A DNA stretch of 56,552 bases, the filler included, from Sluysia triapertura (lineage: Eukaryota): NCBI GenBank assembly GCA_046118255.1. It is 4 parts of 4 records of this genome, joined end to end, with 100 filler letters (N's around TTAATTAATTAA, not from the genome) between each part and the next. Parts side by side here need not be neighbours in the genome. Positions count along the whole stretch, not along the records: positions 43,441 to 56,552 come from JBJNIA010058653.1; 3 more parts are not named here. One strand, 5' to 3'. Position numbers and translations under genes: made by a program. Below are positions 51,776 to 56,552 of the stretch, in pieces. The notes under the pieces were generated by a model. The model was not told the origin of the DNA, did not search any database, and saw only the letters and a program-made list of their open reading frames with translations. Position 1 is the stretch's first letter; the number at the start of each line of letters is the position of its first letter.

Positions 51776-51838
51776 ACCACCACTAGTGTTGACGTTTTTA
51801 ATCATGACTGTCAGTATCTCGTCAACACTGATGATGGT
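51776..51838 (+). ncRNA. Conserved hairpin 1, copy B
   Basis: ACCACCACTAGTGTTGACG / CGTCAACACTGATGATGGT. The 3' arm GTCAACACTGATGATGG is identical to copy A. Confidence 0.5.
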
Positions 51839-51887
51839 TTTCCACATCTCACTTGCTTTTATATTGCCTTTAATCAACTCTCTATTT

Positions 51888-51947
51888 GTCATCCAATCAG
51901 GCTTAATGTTAATCAACAATAAGCTAGATTAGCACGGATTGGATGAC
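51888..51947 (+). ncRNA. Conserved hairpin 2, copy B
   Basis: GTCATCCAATC / GATTGGATGAC, a perfect 11-bp stem. Confidence 0.5.
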
Positions 51948-52068
51948 CAACTACGTTGAAACAAAACAAAAACTGATCTAAAAATAAAATTTAGAGTCAC
52001 AAATTAATAAATGAGGTGGAGTTCTTTTATTTGCTAACGTAACTAGACGCTACAAATATTAAAAAGTA

Positions 52069-53282
52069 TTGTGGATAGAATCATCATTAAAAATTATGGA
52101 AAATAGATATCTTTTAGTAAATGCAGAATATTATTCACAAGACTTCAAAAAGATCGAAATTACAATAATTAAAGATGATGTTGAACAAATGAAAGTATTG
52201 TCTAAAAACACACTGAACATGATGGGTGACCGTCTCGTTCAAGATGATTTTTTTTAATGATGACTACGATTATTTAATTAAATCTTCAGCATTAGTCAAT
52301 AGTATTGTCGGTAAAATAAGTTTGTTGTATCAATATACGAATGTTACTTTCACTCCTCGATCTACATATATAGTTGGAGTTGATTTTTGGCTAAAATGTA
52401 TAGTTCGAGAATATAATAATAATTCAGATGGTTTATTATTTTAACCTAAAAAGTTACATTTACAATTATGAGATACTGCTAAACAAGAAAGATCGATTAG
52501 ATATGCTCTTATGCCGGGTTTGGAAGAAGTTTCATATTTTGGTAACATCATCAACATCGCAACAATTAAAATTGAAAGTTATCAATTACCGAGTTATGCA
52601 CGCGGCGATTCAATTATCAAAGGTTATTCAATTCATTCGAATGAATTCAATGATTTTTCTAACAATTGGTCGAACTATCATATAATAAGTATAAGTCAAG
52701 GATCAGCAAAGTACAATACGGTCCAGTAATGAATTGCATGAAACTAGTAGAAAACTTAGGACATGATACGAGACCTGTTTTAATATTCAATAAAACGTCT
52801 TTTCTTAAGTTTTATATGTTTTATTGTAATCTTATGAGAAAAATAAACTTTGCGATATTCATAATAAAATCTAGGAAATTTGATGTAACTATAAAACTAT
52901 AATAGATATGAATTTTCGAGTTGTGATTTGATACAACATAAATTTTTCAATAATAATTTTAACTATTTTCTTCATGAGTTAATAATTTCTGGTCTTAACA
53001 ATGTGAAAGTTAAATTTACACATAGTATGTTTTTGATAAATATTAGAACCTTAATAATTAAATTAAGTTTAGTCAAGTTAATCTTTCATTCAACCAATGA
53101 ATACTTGTCGTCTGAGTTTTGTAGTCAAACCTAGAACATCGAATCAACTTGTAAACATTATACAACATACAAACTACTTTCATTCTCTTAATATCGCAAA
53201 TTACTTAAATAAATATTTAGCACCAAAACCTTTTAAACCTCTAAATTGGTGTCAAGAGTTCGAATATAAACTTCTAAATTAA
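52069..53282 (+). pseudogene. Decayed intronless orphan ORF (~400 codons) of element B
   Basis: Tiled same-strand ORFs in shifting frames. DDYDYLI and the terminal NWCQ echo DDYEFIL and NWCQ in the element A ORF. Confidence 0.5.
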
Positions 53283-53849
53283 GATCTTATTTTAAAAATT
53301 TCATTTATTTTATCTAAAGAGCAGAAATTATGCAAAGAATTTATGCCTTTTGATTAACTTTATTCATTATTTCATTATTATATTATTTTTATCATTATTT
53401 TCATTTTTTATTTATTTTATGTTATTATTTTTATTAAATTTTATTTTATTATTCATTATTATTTATTTTATTTTATATTCATTATTATTAGTGTTTTAAT
53501 TATCTTAATATTAACATTATTCTTATTCTTACCAATCATTATTATTAATCAATTACAATTTTAATTAATTATCACTTTTATTAATTTTAACATTATTATA
53601 TTAATTTAATTCCTGTCAATATAGACAAGTTTAATTATACACAAATTAGTTCGACCTCAGTAACCATCAACTTCTAACAGTTGATATTTGTGCAAAAGAT
53701 TAGTGAATCTTTCAACATTAGTTGGTGTTCAATACGTCATTGGCCAACCAATAAAATAAAATCATTCTTATGCTCATAATGCTACTATTCTACTTATTTC
53801 ATTGGCCACCGAATAGTAGTACGTAATAATAAAACATTATTTCTCAGTT

Positions 53850-54800
53850 AACAATATCAATGATAATAGTACACAGTTAGAATAAAATTTATTAATGATT
53901 TTCAGCGATACAAAATTAATAAGTTAATTTAATTTTAGCATTAGTGGCTTAGTTTTTCAATACCTAACAAAAATCAACAAAAATTTATTTAAGCATAACA
54001 ATATTCAAATTAAAAATTAATCTTAAAGATGAAAAGTTAATTTGTTATGATTATAAAGGATTGTTGTTTCATTTTAAATAAGAGCTATCACAAAATTCAT
54101 CTGAGATCAAACAATTAGTAATAAACAGAATAAAAGCGTATTTTGATGATCAACTTGAAATTCGTATCATATCCCCACGTCGACAGGAAACCCAAATAAT
54201 AGATTTGGATCATTATTTTTTAGTAGAAAATAAATTTGATTGAGCTAATGCTGAAAAGTGACAATAATAATGACAATTGTTTGAAACAAATTTAAAATAT
54301 TAATGATGTACGTACTTTAACAAATTCAACTACATATGTTAATACTATGAAATTATGTTGTCAGATAGACTGACCTATAAATTCAACAATAACTATGGTA
54401 GTTTATAGTTAATCGAAATCTACACTCCAATATTTTAATTTGTCCGATTTAGTAATGCCTTCTCGTATCATTTCTCTACTCAAGCGCAAACTAATCAAAA
54501 TATAATTCGAATGAAACCATGTCTGCTAATTCATCAAATACCAATTAATACGAATTAACACTTCATTTAGATCCTCCCAATACCAATTAGAATACAATTT
54601 CATTAAAGGATAATTCAGAAATATCATTAAAGATGTGGAATCTGCTTATGTGCATATTGTTAGATGAAAGATGTTTTAAGTACGGTTTTAAATACAAATA
54701 TTCGTATAGTGTCAACGAAGTGAGACAAGATGAAAGGGAAGAGGCTTCCTTCTATAGCAATACTAAGTGAATCTCAAAACTTATATCTATTTTACAATTT
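53850..54800 (+). pseudogene. Second, more decayed ORF-like segment in element B
   Basis: Coding-like stretch KINLKDEKLICYDYKGLLFHFK*ELSQNSSEIKQLVINRIKAYFDDQLEIRIISPRRQETQIIDLDHYFLVENKFD. Boundaries approximate. Confidence 0.3.
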
Positions 54801-56552
54801 AATCCAAGAACTGTTCTTTCAACAATGTTTTAAGTTTGAAAGTAATTAATTTGTTTTTTATAATGTTCTATAAAATTGGTAACCTTATTACTTTGTTTTT
54901 TAGAGTCATGTATCCAAAATCGCGAATGGACAAGATCGGATTCGAACATAAACAAACTTTTCCATTATAAAAATTTTGCATTTTACAATTTTATCGATGT
55001 ACAATAAAATTTATCGTGTTTATTTCTACGTTGTCTTTCATAAAACTTTTTATAACATAATTATGTTTGTACGGGTCATTAAAGAATTTATTCATCATAA
55101 TTTTTTTAATATTAAGAAATTTTATAATTTTAACTTTAATTTTATTAATAATTTTTATAATTTTAAATTCAAACATAAATCAATATTATATCTCCCACAA
55201 AATTCTCGCTACTGAGATTAATGAGAGTGTAGTTTCGTTAAAGCCAATTAAGTCAATTCTTAATTCGAAAAAAAGGATGATGTAGAGGATTTGTAACGTT
55301 TTCTAATCTTAACGTTGTCTATCTTAAACTTTGACTTCTATTTTCTTCGCAATGCTAATTTTATTTGAATAGAGGAATGGCAGGCTTAAGGCTAGTTTAT
55401 AATGATCTTATTGTTTCATTTAGTGTTAAATTTAATCTAAACTAACCCAAAAATTTAAATTTAATTTAAGATTTTTTTAAAAACTAAATTTAATTTAGGA
55501 TCAAAATTAATGAATAAAATAATAATAAAACCAAAACTGAATTGTACAACAATAAAAATGAATTAACACTTACATACACGCTATATAGATCACTAAAAAG
55601 AAGATTGTAAACCACAAAGTGACATGAGCGTTAGGAATCGTACTGATCTGCCAATTTCCTGTATTCGATGTATTACCAGAACCATGACATACTTTCTAAT
55701 TGTGCAACCGTCGAGAGGGTAATTATTCATTAAATCTTCTCTACTTATCCTTACAACGTTACTCACCCTAGCTACTTATTAATCGGCAATAGTGACAACA
55801 ATTTTATGTATTTGTGTACATTATATGTCTTATCATTACCAATGCATTTAATTCGAGCTTTCATATCATCAATAAGAGCTCGATAAAAAGAACTTTTAAA
55901 CTTTCAGAAGAGTCTACACTACTAGCATCATAAAAATCATTATTTTTAAAATCACAAGTTTTGCGTAAGTTGTTGTTAAGTAATGGCTGACCTTGCTGTC
56001 CTTTTAATTGGAGAGAATTATCTAATCTAACATCATTAAAATCATCATTGTTTCTATTATCAATTTTTAAAATCGCTTACATGTAAATTATAGTTCCTTA
56101 ATTTGCTTTATCATCAGTGATTAATGAATTATCTTGACAACATTTTAACTTGAGACAATTAGCATTACAGTCACTCAAATACTTATTTGTTTTACTGGAT
56201 AGTTGATTAAGACTAATTTCTATTACAATAGATATTTCCATTTTCCGTATTTTATTATTGGTTTCTGTTTTTCTTTATTTTTCCAGCAAAAAATAATAAT
56301 TAAATAAAATACTAAAAAATAATAATAGTAATAAAAATAATAAGCGTAATAACAGTAATAAAATAATAACTATCATAACGGCAATAAAAACAATAATAAT
56401 TAAATGGCAATAGCAACAATAATAAAAATTAATATGTATTTGTTTCATTAATATTAATTTGTATTTATTTTCATATTTTAACGAAATATAAGTTACTATA
56501 CAGATTCACAAGTAAAAATAAAATAAAAAATTAAATATATAGTTAAAAAGCA

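Larger units (their letters stand above)
50468..54800 (+). mobile_element. Unclassified element, copy B (TGTAGTGGCC terminus, leader with internal duplications, hairpins, two decayed ORFs); right end undefined
   Basis: Leader, palindrome (51653-51696), hairpin 1 (51776-51838) and hairpin 2 (51888-51947) are homologous to copy A. Confidence 0.55.

Noticed and set aside
54976-55285. Short overlapping Ile/Asn/Lys/Phe-rich ORFs (also 1329, 13327, 40821, 41822 and similar)
   Set aside because: These are the expected by-products of AT-rich low-complexity DNA, with no motifs or splice support.

Overview
Very AT-rich, repeat-dense eukaryotic (probably invertebrate animal) genomic DNA. It is four contigs joined by artificial 100-bp N linkers carrying TTAATTAATTAA, so adjacency across the gaps is not guaranteed. 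Host-gene content: the last two exons of DDX55/Spb4, the spliced 3' end of an unknown gene, a 468-aa orphan ORF, and pseudogene fragments of DDAH, NDUFAF5 and RSPH14. Decayed mobile elements: a Ty3/Gypsy pol with PPT and 3' LTR, a Polinton/Maverick-type integrase, Tc1/mariner and pogo transposase remnants, L2-type LINE 3' ends, a tRNA-like repeat and several unclassified dispersed repeats. The most unusual signal is an unclassified element family with two clear copies (30018-~32658 and 50468-~54800) and one related unit (24608-26437). Its layout is a TGT(G/A)GTGGCC terminus, a C/A-rich leader, an AT palindrome, two ~60-nt hairpins with compensatory base changes, and then a decayed intronless orphan ORF. 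All family assignments come from recalled motifs read by eye; no database searches were run.
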